This document shows positions 37,883 to 48,053 of a stretch of DNA of 64,000 nucleotides, piece after piece. Numbering within the stretch: position 1 is the first letter of the stretch; each line of letters opens with the position of its first letter. The DNA is from Armatimonadota bacterium (GTDB taxonomy: Bacteria > Armatimonadota > Armatimonadia > Armatimonadales > Armatimonadaceae): NCBI GenBank assembly GCA_043754515.1, contig JAYUUO010000282.1, forward strand, positions 12,449-76,448. Reading direction: 5' to 3'. The notes beneath the pieces were generated by a model. The model ran no database searches and was not told the DNA's origin. It saw only the letters and a list, made by a program, of their open reading frames with translations. Both the position numbers and the translations under genes were made by a program.

Positions 37883-37955
37883 ATGTCAGCCTCACGCACT
37901 ACATCGGTCGTCTCTGGTAAGCGGCGAGGTGGGTGCGCCGTGCCTCGCGACTTTG

Positions 37956-38882
37956 TTACCGGATCGCGCCGTGCGGCAGGACCGCGTGCACCCCGCGAAC
38001 GCCGTTCACAATCTGCGTTATCCGTAAGTCTACGGTGAGCGAGGCGATCGCGAGTGCCTCCCGCCGATCATAGCCGAAGCGCGACTCCATCAGCTCCAGC
38101 ATCCCCTCCAGCGCGAGATACGTCGCCTCGTTCAAGTCTTCGTGAAGCCCGAAAGATACCCACCCGTTCGGCGTGTCCGCGCTGGGTGCCTTAAGCGGCA
38201 TATCTTGATGGAGCGAGAAGGTAAGCTCGACGTGCTCCATCGGACACTCCAGTGCGGTGACCGCGACCTCGCCATCGCCCTGTGCGCCGTGCCCATCCCC
38301 GACACAAAATAGTCCGCCGGTTACCTCTATCGGAAGGTAAAGAGTGCTGCCTGTTACCAGTTCCTTACAGTCGAGATTTCCCCCCGTCCGCCGGGGAGGA
38401 GCCGTCGAATGCCTGCCCGCCGCGTCCGGCGGCATGCCCATCACGCCCATGAACGGTCTCAGGGCGATCCGGTGTCCCGACCGACTCGTGGCGATCAGAG
38501 CGTCCTGGTCGAGCGTCCACGCCAGCCGGTATTCGTCGCCCCCCGCGATCCCGAGGCGACTGTTAACCGGGTGCGGCCAGCCGCCCGCGACCGTCCACCC
38601 CCAGGTTCCGGTGCGGATCGCCCCGATTTGTATGCCGAGCGTCATACCCGGCTCCGCGCCCTTAACCGCTATCGGGCCGCAGAGCGCGTGCCCGCTATCG
38701 CGTGCCGGATCGCGCGGCTCGAACCGCGTGAGCGACGAGCCGGAGTCGCCGACACCCCACGCGGCATCAAGGGTGCGGTAGAAGATGGTGTCGCCGGGTT
38801 CGATAGTGAGTACGGGCGGATCGTTGCGCGAAAAAGTACCGATGAGCGTCCGGCGTTCGGGGAGAATGTGATGGATTGCCAT
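37956..38882 (-). CDS. Acetamidase/formamidase family protein
   Basis: PVLTIEPGD, GHALCGPIAVKGAEPG, PFMGVMG, GGNLD, VGDGHGAQGDGEVAVTALE. Confidence 0.92.
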   Translation of the reverse strand: MAIHHILPERRTLIGTFSRNDPPVLTIEPGDTIFYRTLDAAWGVGDSGSSLTRFEPRDPARDSGHALCGPIAVKGAEPGMTLGIQIGAIRTGTWGWTVAGGWPHPVNSRLGIAGGDEYRLAWTLDQDALIATSRSGHRIALRPFMGVMGMPPDAAGRHSTAPPRRTGGNLDCKELVTGSTLYLPIEVTGGLFCVGDGHGAQGDGEVAVTALECPMEHVELTFSLHQDMPLKAPSADTPNGWVSFGLHEDLNEATYLALEGMLELMESRFGYDRREALAIASLTVDLRITQIVNGVRGVHAVLPHGAIR

Positions 38883-39013
38883 GTCGTCTGTTACCTAGTG
38901 GAATGTACCCGCTCGGTGCCAAAAACTCTTTCCTTGGTAGGAAAACTATATGGCGTGCAGGGGGAACATAAACAATCATTTTCGTGTCTGGTTGCTGAAA
39001 TGTTCAGCACCAT

Positions 39014-40212
39014 TTGCACCTCCCACCGACACCTCAGCCCGAGAATATCTCGGTCAGTGCGCAGTCTTTGCGCTTGAGACATTCTTTCGAGAGTGGGGCG
39101 GGCCTTTACACCGCCGACAATCGCACGGGAAGATTGACCCCGTGGGACACAATCACGGTTCACTTGGTGACGTCACGGGACTCTTTTTCTGCTATGCGCG
39201 GGGAGTGGAATCGGCTCAACTCCGATTCGCCACAAGCCTCCCTCTTCCGCACCTGGGAATGGGCGTTCCATTGGTGGACTGTTTTTCTACAAGAACGATC
39301 CTGCTCGCTCAAGATACTCGCGTTCCGTGACCCGCGCGGGCGACTCGTCGCTGTCATACCACTGCATGACGCCAAAAATCCGTTCGACAAATTGTGGGCG
39401 CGCCGCCTGAGTCTGCTCCAGGACTTTGGCTGGCATCAAGAGCAGATGGTGGAGGAACCGACGTCCGTGATCGCGCTCGGGTATGAAACGCTGGTGATCG
39501 AAGCACTGTCGTGGTTCCTATCGTGCTCCCAACACTTCCGTTGGGACGCCTGTCAAATCGGCTTTCATTCGGCGCATCCCGCCGAGCGGTCGGAGAGAGT
39601 CATCTGGAAATTAAAGTCACCGTTAGTTGCGTGGCAGTGCAAGCAACACCCTGGTTCGCGGTTTGTCCTGTTGCCACCAGACTGGGCGACCTATCGTGGC
39701 TCCTTGAGCCGCTCCATGCGCGATAATTTGAGCTACTACCCGCGCAAGGACGCGTGTGCCGGGCTAGCTTTACGGGTGCGTATACTCACCTCGCTGGAGG
39801 ACGTAGCCTGATACATCCCGGCGGTCATCCGTCTGCATCGTCTCCGCGCGGACATTTCTGCGAGTCCCTGTCCGCACTACGATCACATTCCCACGGACGC
39901 GCACGAGAAGTTTTTGAAACTGTACTTCCCGATCCTTGCCGCTCGCGGCGAGGCGTTCATTGCGGTCGCGGAAGTCGCGGGCGAACCTGTAGCCGCCCAA
40001 TTATTTTTGTGTTTCGACAATGTCGTGACTGCATCAAGAGCGGGGTCTACGCAGTCAACTTTTTGGCGGCGGATGCTCTCTGGAAATCCCGCTGGGGCGC
40101 GGAACCCTGGGACCCCATAAATGTGGTAACCATGACGCGTCTGACGCCCGCCTCAATGCTCCGTACCGCCCAAACCGTCTATGCGCGACACAGGGAGCGC
40201 GACAAGGCTTGA
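39014..40212 (+). pseudogene. CelD/BcsL-like GNAT acetyltransferase pseudogene
   Basis: LFRTWEWAFHWW, LVAVIPL, LPPDW..Y..SLSRSMR. In-frame TGA at 39809-39811 with the frame continuing (YIPAVIRLH...GEPVAAQLF); C-terminal KSRWGAEP is in another frame. Confidence 0.72.
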
Positions 40213-40313
40213 CCTACCCCGAAGAGGCCATTGTGAACGTGGGGGGGGATGGGGCGTGGAGTCAGGGATAGGTGAGTTCTTGCCCGGAGCCGCGAATGGG
40301 GCATAATAGAGCC

Positions 40314-41612
40314 GTGATTAACCCGCCCCCGGCTCCCAAGCCGTCCGCCGTTCTAGCCCTGCCCGAGTTCCGCCGCTTTCTGGTCGCGGTTGGAACGTCC
40401 ACCTTGGCCGGAAGTGCCCTCGCGGTGGTGCTCGGCTACCAGATCTATGCCGTGACCCACTCGGTACTCGCTCTCGGATGGCTCGGTCTGGTCGAGGCGA
40501 TCCCCGCGCTGTCGCTCGCGCTCTTCGGGGGGCACCTCGCCGACCGCGTGGATCGCCGCCGCATCGTGATGATCACTCAGCAGGTCGCCATCGTTTGCGC
40601 CCTGATGTTCGCGTTTCTTTCGGGCGGGGCGACGCCGCCGACGGTGATCAGCCTGTACGCGGTGGTGTTCCTCGCGGGGATCGCGCGCGGCTTCTCCGGC
40701 CCCGCCATGTCCGCGCTCGAAGCGCAGATCGTCCCGCGCGATCAGCTTCTAAACGCGTCCGGCTATCTCAGCGCGACCTGGCAGTCGTGCGCGATTCTAG
40801 GCCCCGCGCTCGGCGGCGTTGCGTATGATTTTCTGGGCGCGCGGAACACCTACTTCCTGCTCGTGGGGTTGCTGACCATCGGACTCGGGTTCCTGTTCGC
40901 CGTTTCCCCGAAGCCGATGCCGACGCTTGAAACACCCGCCAAAGACGAGCCGGAAGAGTCCATCTGGCAAAGCATCGCCATCGGGATTCGTTTCGTTTTC
41001 CAGACGCCCGCGCTGATCGGCTCAATGGCACTCGATCTGTTCGCGGTGCTGTTCGGGGGAGCCATCGCGCTACTGCCGGTGTTCGCGAGAGACATACTGC
41101 ATGTCGGCGCGGGCGGACTCGGACTGCTCAATGCCGCGCCGTCCGTCGGCGCGCTGACCGCGACCTTGCTCGCGACGCGCTTCCCGCCGCTCCGCCACGC
41201 GGGTCGGAACCTGCTCCTGTCCGTCGCCGCATTCGGCGTGAGCATTTGCGTTTTCGCGCTGTCTAAAAACCTCCTGCTTTCTCTGTTCGCGCTGTTCTTT
41301 TCCGGCGTGTTCGACGGGGTGAGCATGGTGATACGCCGCGCGATTATGCGGCTACTCTCGCCGAACCACCTGCGCGGGCGGATCGCCTCCGTTTCGATGA
41401 TATTCATCGGCTCCTCGAACGAAATCGGCGCATTCGAGAGTGGCGTCGCGGCTAGTCTGCTCGGGACGGTCCGCTCCGTATGGCTGGGCGCGGTCGTCAC
41501 GCTCGTTATCGTCGCCGGTACCGCCTACTTCGCTCCCGGCCTGCGGAACCTGCGGCTCGACGCGGAGGGGCGTCAAGAACCCGATCCCGAACGGGTAATT
41601 GGGACACCATGA
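40314..41612 (+). CDS. MFS transporter (EntS/MFS_3-like)
   Basis: GGHLADRVDRRR motif A; ALDLFAVLFGGAIALLP; LRGRIASV; SNEIGAFESG. Confidence 0.9.
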   Translation: MINPPPAPKPSAVLALPEFRRFLVAVGTSTLAGSALAVVLGYQIYAVTHSVLALGWLGLVEAIPALSLALFGGHLADRVDRRRIVMITQQVAIVCALMFAFLSGGATPPTVISLYAVVFLAGIARGFSGPAMSALEAQIVPRDQLLNASGYLSATWQSCAILGPALGGVAYDFLGARNTYFLLVGLLTIGLGFLFAVSPKPMPTLETPAKDEPEESIWQSIAIGIRFVFQTPALIGSMALDLFAVLFGGAIALLPVFARDILHVGAGGLGLLNAAPSVGALTATLLATRFPPLRHAGRNLLLSVAAFGVSICVFALSKNLLLSLFALFFSGVFDGVSMVIRRAIMRLLSPNHLRGRIASVSMIFIGSSNEIGAFESGVAASLLGTVRSVWLGAVVTLVIVAGTAYFAPGLRNLRLDAEGRQEPDPERVIGTP

Positions 41613-41620
41613 GGTCACTG

Positions 41621-42262
41621 CTACGGGACGGCGTTTTTCGCGCATTCGCCGCAGACGTAATCCGTCGCGCCGAGCAGCTCCGGCAGGCAGGCGTTCGCGT
41701 AGACGTCCGAGCGGAGTACCGCGTTTTGCAGGGTCAGGCAGAAGAACTGCCAGCCCGAGCCGTTGCTCACGATCCCGTAGACGGGAGCGAACAGGTTGCT
41801 TTGCAGGTTGTTCCAGCGACACGCGACCATCTCCGCGACACACTGCGTCTGCCCTTGCTCGAAGTCATCCTTCTTCGCCTCAGCCACGCATAACAGCGGC
41901 GTTTCCATATAAGCGCGCTTCGGGGCGATCAGGTAATCCGCGAACCCGGTCAGCGTGTCTCTTTCTAGCGGCTCCGCTTTCCAGACCTTGATGCGCGGGT
42001 GGCGCGGAACGACCTCCAGGAGTATCGTGTCTACTCAGTGTGATTTTCGCGGCTTCGAACTGCTCGAGATCGAACGACTCAGGCGAATTAGGGTTTCGCG
42101 TGAAACCGTGTTCGGCTCCAGTCGTACTGAGGGCAGTTCCCAGCGCGTGAAGTCCTTCGCCGGGACGAGTTGCATGGCGTCCTTCAGGCGAAACCCGGAG
42201 TAGCGGCGTTTCGTGACTGGCGGGACTGGGTTCGTCCGTCGCATATTCGTTGGGTTCGTCAT
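41621..42262 (-). pseudogene. Disrupted PD-(D/E)XK-like hypothetical gene
   Basis: GFADYLIAP...VAEAKKDDFEQGQTQCVAEM...VYGIVSNGSGWQF. TGA at 42035-42037 ends a short apparently frameshifted segment. Confidence 0.7.
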
Positions 42263-42344
42263 GCGCTGATTTTACGGCACGCGGGGTGTATTAGCGACCC
42301 GCCTTCGCTCGCGCCTCCTGCTAAAACGGGTACACTCTCACCCA

Positions 42345-43844
42345 ATGAATCCTGACCATAATGTAGCCATCGTCTGGTTCCGGCGCGGCATCCGGGTGCG
42401 CGATAACCACGCGCTGACCGAAGCCGTCCGCGCCGCGCGAACCGTCGTCCCCGTGTTCATACTGGATCCGGCGATCCTTACTCACCCGACAACCGCGCCG
42501 GTGCGCGTCCGCTTCCTGTTCGAGTCGCTCTCGGCACTGGACACCGAACTACAAGCCATCGGCGGGCGGCTGATCATCCGGCACGGCAAGCCGGTCGAGG
42601 AGTTGGAGCGGCTCAGGCACGAGACCGGTGCGACCTCGCTGTTTTTCGGGCGCGAGTACGAGCCGTACGGGCGTGAGCGCGACAAGTCCGTCACCGAGGC
42701 GATGACTAAGTGCGGAGTCAGCGTGACCGAGACCGACGACCATTTGCTGACCGAGCCGGGCGAAGTGATGAGCAAAACGGGAACCGCCTACACCGTGTTC
42801 ACGCCGTATAAACGCGTCTGGTTCGAGCGGGCGATGGACGCGCCCCTCCCCGCGCCGACTCGCGTCCAACTCCCCGAGGGCCTGAGTAGCGAGGCGATCC
42901 CGACGCTCCCGGCGAGCGTCGGTGTATCCGAATCGTATGGTGGGGATGCGCCCGAAGTGCGCGTCCGTGGCGGCGAAAAGGAGGGGGCAAACTGGCTACA
43001 AAAGTTTTTAGACGCCTGTCTCGGCGGCTACGGTACCGAGCGCGATTTTCCGTCGCACGAGGGCACATCGCGCCTTTCAGCGTACCTGCGTATGGGCGTT
43101 CTCTCGCCGCGTCAGGTGTTCGACGCGGTCCGCGCCCGGCGTGACGAACTCCCGGCGAAAACGGCAGACGGGGCGAACACGTTCCTGACCGAACTCGCCT
43201 GGCGCGATTTCTACTACCAGATTTTATTCCACTTCCCGCATGTCCAAAACGGGGCGTTCAAGCCCGCTTATGACGCCATCCGGTGGCAGAACGACGACCG
43301 GCTTTTCGACGCGTGGCGCGAGGGGAGAACGGGCTACCCGATCGTGGACGCCGCGCAACGGCAGATGAACGCGCAGGGCTGGATGCACAACCGGGCGCGG
43401 ATGATCACCGCGTCGTTCCTGTGCAAGGATCTGCTCTGTGACTGGCGCACGGGGGAGCGGGTGTTTATGCAGCGGCTTGTGGACGGGGATCAGGCATCGA
43501 ATAACGGTGGGTGGCAGTGGGCGGCGGGCACGGGGACTGACGCCCAGCCTTTCTTCCGCATATTCAACCCGACCTTGCAAGGGGAGAAGTTCGACGCGGA
43601 CGGCGCGTACGTGAAGCGGTGGTGCCCCGAACTGGCCCGGATTCCGGCCAAGTATGTACACAAACCCTGGGATCTGACCGAGCGCGAGCAAGATGCGGTT
43701 GGCTGCGTGCTGGGGCGCGACTACCCCCGGCCGATAGTAGACCACAAGACGCAACGCGAGAAGGCACTCGCCATCTATCGCGCGACGCCGGACACCGATG
43801 AGGCACAGGGTAAGGAGGCGGGCGAGACGTCCTACGTTCCTTGA
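42345..43844 (+). CDS. phrB: Deoxyribodipyrimidine photolyase (class I CPD photolyase)
   Basis: WFRRGIRVRDNHAL, TSRLSAYL, ELAWRDFY, TGYPIVDAA, GWMHNRARM, NNGGWQW, FRIFNP. Confidence 0.93.
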   Translation: MNPDHNVAIVWFRRGIRVRDNHALTEAVRAARTVVPVFILDPAILTHPTTAPVRVRFLFESLSALDTELQAIGGRLIIRHGKPVEELERLRHETGATSLFFGREYEPYGRERDKSVTEAMTKCGVSVTETDDHLLTEPGEVMSKTGTAYTVFTPYKRVWFERAMDAPLPAPTRVQLPEGLSSEAIPTLPASVGVSESYGGDAPEVRVRGGEKEGANWLQKFLDACLGGYGTERDFPSHEGTSRLSAYLRMGVLSPRQVFDAVRARRDELPAKTADGANTFLTELAWRDFYYQILFHFPHVQNGAFKPAYDAIRWQNDDRLFDAWREGRTGYPIVDAAQRQMNAQGWMHNRARMITASFLCKDLLCDWRTGERVFMQRLVDGDQASNNGGWQWAAGTGTDAQPFFRIFNPTLQGEKFDADGAYVKRWCPELARIPAKYVHKPWDLTEREQDAVGCVLGRDYPRPIVDHKTQREKALAIYRATPDTDEAQGKEAGETSYVP

Positions 43845-43913
43845 TGTGGCGGCACATCACGGACTGAAACGCACGGATCAGGCGCGGCAGATCAGTCTAC
43901 CGCGCCCGAGTTT

Positions 43914-44165
43914 CTAAATACCGCCCGCCGCGACGACCCCGTCCTGCTCGCCGACCACGCCGGTTTGCGCGTAATCCGTCTCGCCCTCATCCCTACTACT
44001 GGGAGCGGTTACTGCATCGGATTGTCCCACGGGGGGCATCTGTTTCGTCGTGTTTGCGGGATCGTCACCGTCCGAGGTGCCGCCGACCACCGCCTCCGTA
44101 GCCGAGTCCCGCTCGTCAATCAAAGAAAAGTTCGGCGTGTCGCCGGTGGTTAGTGCTGATGTCAT
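43914..44165 (-). CDS. Small acidic, probably disordered protein
   Basis: CAGGAG SD; rich in D/E/T/G; SigB-like promoter upstream. Confidence 0.55.
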   Translation of the reverse strand: MTSALTTGDTPNFSLIDERDSATEAVVGGTSDGDDPANTTKQMPPVGQSDAVTAPSSRDEGETDYAQTGVVGEQDGVVAAGGI

Positions 44166-44250
44166 AATCACAGTCTCCTGGGGCAGTTATGCCCGAAGGT
44201 GGATGTGGGCGAAACCGACCGGGATGGGTTATAACAGAGGTGGAAAGTCT

Positions 44251-45012
44251 ATGTGGAACCGTCACCCGATACGCCCCCTGGTCACGCCGCTCCTCGCCGC
44301 GCTGGCACTGTCGCCGCTCGCCGTGTTCGCGCAAGGGGACCCTGCGGCTCAAGTCGCACCCCCGAATGCCCCGGCGCGTGCGACCAGTCCCGATGTCGAG
44401 ATCGTGGTGATCGTGTTACCGACGGGTGATTACGCGGTCTCCTCCGTCTACCCCGGACAGGTGCCGCAAGCCGCCGCGCAGGCGCGAATTAACCGTCTTC
44501 TCTCGCTCACGAAGTGGCGGGCGGTGCATCGTAAGTTCTCCGACGCGCCCGCCGCGTCCAATCTGCTTCGTGACGACGCGCATGCGAAACTGTCCGCCGC
44601 GTCGTTCGAGACCGATGGTGGTGTCTACGCCGCCGACGGGACCATTGACTGGGAGCCGTTCCTGCAAGCGTTCGGCGACCTGCGGCGTGTCAACATCGTT
44701 TGCTTTACGGGGCCGGGGTTCACCTATGGCGGTCCGGTCGCCTGGGACAGCGAGCGGATTGCGTTCTCGGCGACCGCCGCGCCGGGAGCGGTCTCGGCAA
44801 CAGCGGTGATCAAGAAGCCGGAAGCGAACGCGTCGCGGTTCGGTCTGCCCCGGTTCGGCACTGTTGTGGCGAAAGCCCCGGTGGCGGCGGTCGGTGCCGC
44901 TAAAGAGGGTGGGCGGGGGCGCGATGCGAAGATTCTACTTCTCGCGCTGTTTTCGGTCGGCATCGCGCTCGCCATTTACCGGCTCGCCTCGCGCCTTGTT
45001 CCCAAAGCGTAG
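44251..45012 (+). CDS. Exported hypothetical protein with C-terminal TM anchor
   Basis: GAGGTGG SD; signal peptide AVFAQ; C-terminal ILLLALFSVGIALAIY followed by basic residues. Confidence 0.7.
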   Translation: MWNRHPIRPLVTPLLAALALSPLAVFAQGDPAAQVAPPNAPARATSPDVEIVVIVLPTGDYAVSSVYPGQVPQAAAQARINRLLSLTKWRAVHRKFSDAPAASNLLRDDAHAKLSAASFETDGGVYAADGTIDWEPFLQAFGDLRRVNIVCFTGPGFTYGGPVAWDSERIAFSATAAPGAVSATAVIKKPEANASRFGLPRFGTVVAKAPVAAVGAAKEGGRGRDAKILLLALFSVGIALAIYRLASRLVPKA

Positions 45013-45144
45013 TTTATACGATACAATTCGGCGTGAATCGGCGCGGGTAACCACTGCCCGTAACCAGTCAAACGATTGCGCGTTACACTTACAACACGCG
45101 TCCTACACACAACCGTTGGTACCGGGAAGGATTAAGCAGACCCT

Positions 45145-46218
45145 ATGGCGGACTTACGCGAATTGATTCGTCTCGCTTTCGACAAAAAAGCGTCCGACTT
45201 GTTCATCAAAGAGGGCAGCCCGCCCGCGATGCGGATACACGGACGTATCCAGGTCATTACGGACTCCGGCTACGGAAAGTTGACCGCCGACGACACCCGG
45301 AAGCTCGCCTACTCGGTGATGAGCCATGAGCAGATCGGGCGCTTCGAGCACCGGCACGAGATGGACCTCGCGTTCGAGGTCGAGGGCCTGACCCGCGTGC
45401 GCGTCAACATCTTCCAGCAGAAAGGCTCGATGGGCCTGGTCTGCCGACTCGTTCCTCTCAAGATCTTTTCCCTTGAACAGCTCGGCCTGCCGCCCGTTTT
45501 GGGCGATTTGACGCGCCACCGGCAGGGTCTGGTGCTGGTGACGGGGCCGACCGGTTCGGGGAAATCCACCACGCTCGCCGCGATGGTCAACAAGATCAAT
45601 GAAGAGCGGCGCGCCAACATCGTGACCATTGAGGACCCGATCGAGTTCGTCCACCCCGATAAGTCATCCATCGTTTCCCAGCGCGAGATCGGCATTGATA
45701 CGGATTCGTTCACCGACGCCCTCAAATATATCGTGCGCCAGAACCCGGACGTGATCCTGATCGGGGAGATGCGCGACATCGAAACCCTGAACGTCGGCCT
45801 GCAAGCGGCGGAAACCGGGCACCTCGTCTTTTCCACGCTCCACACCTCGTCGGCGTCGGAAACACTCGACCGTATTATGAACATCTTCCCGCCCCACGAG
45901 CGGGGCACGCTCTGTCTGCGACTGTCCAACTCCCTGCGCGGCATCGTGGCGCAGAAACTGCTGGCGCGCGTGGACGCCGAAGGGCGCGTCGCGGCGGTCG
46001 AGATCATGATCGCTACCCCGACAATCGCGAAACTGGTGGAGGAGGGGAGAGCAGGCAACATCTACGCCGCGATCCAGGAAGGTGGGTTCTGGGGCATGCA
46101 GACGATGAACCAGTGCCTGACGAAATACTACAAAGCCGGGATCATCTCCGAGGAAGACGCGCTGAACGCCGCCGGGAACATCACCGAGCTGAAGCAAATG
46201 ATCCGCCGCCCGACGTAG
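45145..46218 (+). CDS. pilT: Type IV pilus retraction ATPase PilT/PilU family
   Basis: ASDLF, GPTGSGKSTT, TIEDPIEF, PDVILIGEMRD, AAETGHLVFSTLH, GMQTMNQ. Confidence 0.93.
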   Translation: MADLRELIRLAFDKKASDLFIKEGSPPAMRIHGRIQVITDSGYGKLTADDTRKLAYSVMSHEQIGRFEHRHEMDLAFEVEGLTRVRVNIFQQKGSMGLVCRLVPLKIFSLEQLGLPPVLGDLTRHRQGLVLVTGPTGSGKSTTLAAMVNKINEERRANIVTIEDPIEFVHPDKSSIVSQREIGIDTDSFTDALKYIVRQNPDVILIGEMRDIETLNVGLQAAETGHLVFSTLHTSSASETLDRIMNIFPPHERGTLCLRLSNSLRGIVAQKLLARVDAEGRVAAVEIMIATPTIAKLVEEGRAGNIYAAIQEGGFWGMQTMNQCLTKYYKAGIISEEDALNAAGNITELKQMIRRPT

Positions 46219-46460
46219 GTACCGGCTGGGTTGAAGCGGGAGGATCGGCGGAAAGTCTGGCGATCCTCCCGTCCTGTACACTCGTCGCGAACCGCGCGAG
46301 AAACTTCCGCTCGGAGTCGCGACTGGCATACTCGACGATGTCGTCGGGACACTCTGGGACGGCGAACGAGGGTCTCCATCAACGTGCCGCCCATCCCTAT
46401 ATCCGGGTCGTGGTCGGCTAGATGGTATAAGGCGCGGAGCATATCCGGTTCGAGCGGCTG

Positions 46461-47126
46461 ATGAGCAGCGACAAAGTCTTTGAGCGCTTTGTACCGATAG
46501 TGCTCGGCGTCCTACGGAGGGTATGTCCGGTAATGGTATATAACGGGTTCGGGGGAAACGGTCTTTTTGTGGATGTGTTACCGCGACTTTGTGGCAAAGC
46601 GATCCAAAACGTGAATTACAATCTTATCCAAAGCGACAATCCTATAAATGCAGAGAGAAGCGGTATAGATATTGAAGCATATCCTATTCTAGGGCTTGAA
46701 GCCGTCGAGCTGGTAACTCAAGATGGCAACGAGCAGGTGTTTGTTTATTGGGATTGGGTCCGAGGACTCGTGGGTGGCAAAAACTATCATATAATGTGTT
46801 CCGCTATCCAGCCTGATTGGTTGATGCAACCCGGTAGTTGCGTGACTTTACCTGCGGCTGACAGTTCCCTGTGGCGTCAAATTGTTGGTCGCACAATAAA
46901 TAATGTTATGGTCTACGGGATTGGCACAAGTCCACAAGCGATAGCTTTTCATACAAGCAAAGGAAGCGTTGTTTTGGTAGCGGCAACAGCATGGCATACG
47001 GACATATTAGGGGATGCAGATGAGATAATAGTGATGAACTATGATGATTTTATTCTTTCTGTATCTACATCCGATGATTCCGATGATTGGGGTGTGCTGA
47101 GCAACTTTGCAACGCCATCGGATTAA
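46461..47126 (+). CDS. AT-richer hypothetical protein (start uncertain)
   Basis: 221-aa ORF with many A/T-ending codons, unlike its neighbours. Confidence 0.55.
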   Translation: MSSDKVFERFVPIVLGVLRRVCPVMVYNGFGGNGLFVDVLPRLCGKAIQNVNYNLIQSDNPINAERSGIDIEAYPILGLEAVELVTQDGNEQVFVYWDWVRGLVGGKNYHIMCSAIQPDWLMQPGSCVTLPAADSSLWRQIVGRTINNVMVYGIGTSPQAIAFHTSKGSVVLVAATAWHTDILGDADEIIVMNYDDFILSVSTSDDSDDWGVLSNFATPSD

Positions 47127-47288
47127 TGAGGCAAAAGAGGGGTTGATTGAGGCGACGCTGGCTCCTGTGTCCAGCGCGAAGTTGCCCGGTCGGTCTTCGT
47201 CCGCGCCGAATAGGCGTACCCACACCATACTCAAGCGACCGCTTCGGCGAAAACGAGTGGCAAATAGCGCATCGGCTGTCGTCACCAA
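47115..47288 (-). pseudogene. Truncated retropepsin-like aspartyl protease fragment
   Basis: MVWVRLFG...FALDTGASVASINPSFA contains the DTGAS active-site motif; similarity stops after about 55 aa. Confidence 0.65.
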
Positions 47289-47380
47289 TTCACCAGCATG
47301 TCGTCGTGATGCCCGGTGAACTAGTAAGCGGCACTGCGCGGGCGCGGTGTACGAGTCATCGCGACTTGATGCATCTCACT

Positions 47381-47905
47381 TCAAGCGGACATCTTCCCTG
47401 ACACGCACTCATCGAATATCTCCACCATCCGGTCCACGAACAACGGATCGTGAAAATAGCTCCCCTCTTCCATGAAGTCTATGAAATATTCCACAACATA
47501 TTGACCACACTCAACTAGATTTGAACGACTGGAAAACATACAATTTAACGCCCGCATACCGCGCCAGGAGGCTCGCTCCCTTCGCAAACTTTCGTCCGCC
47601 CTATCCCACTCACCTGACGGCCATGTCCGTGAGGTCCCCCATTTATCCGCCAGAGCGTCGCACCGCTTCCACAACTGCACGCGGAAAGGGACTACCTCGG
47701 CTTCCTCCGCCACGCCACAGAGCCGTTCTGCCTGGTCCACCAGAGGCAGCAGGTCCTCCGGAAGGAAGCCACACTCGCGGAGCGACCACGCCATGAACCG
47801 CACGTCGTCCGGGACGTAGTCGCTGTCACTGATGCTGTTATCGCGCATCCCGACATACGAATCTTCGTCCACAAGATTCTGATAATGATCCGACATGAAA
47901 AGCAT
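47381..47905 (-). CDS. Acidic helical hypothetical protein, possibly an orphan immunity protein
   Basis: 174-aa ORF; no catalytic motif recognised. Confidence 0.55.
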   Translation of the reverse strand: MLFMSDHYQNLVDEDSYVGMRDNSISDSDYVPDDVRFMAWSLRECGFLPEDLLPLVDQAERLCGVAEEAEVVPFRVQLWKRCDALADKWGTSRTWPSGEWDRADESLRRERASWRGMRALNCMFSSRSNLVECGQYVVEYFIDFMEEGSYFHDPLFVDRMVEIFDECVSGKMSA

Positions 47906-48053
47906 GGTCCGAGGTCCTCAGTGGCATCACGGGATGCAAGCGTCTACAAAGTCAGCCCTGGCGATCACTGTACATCGTCCGGCATCGTTCCGTCTCCATA
48001 TTCGTGCCTACTGTACCATTTTCCCCGTGGTACAATCGGGCGTTGTAACGTCT

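Noticed and set aside
22994..42037. UGA reassigned to Trp (alternative genetic code), suggested by four in-frame TGAs
   Set aside because: TGA is the normal stop of intact genes here (leuB, pheT, dnaJ, several ATGA overlaps), Trp is encoded by TGG throughout, and three of the four genes carry other lesions.
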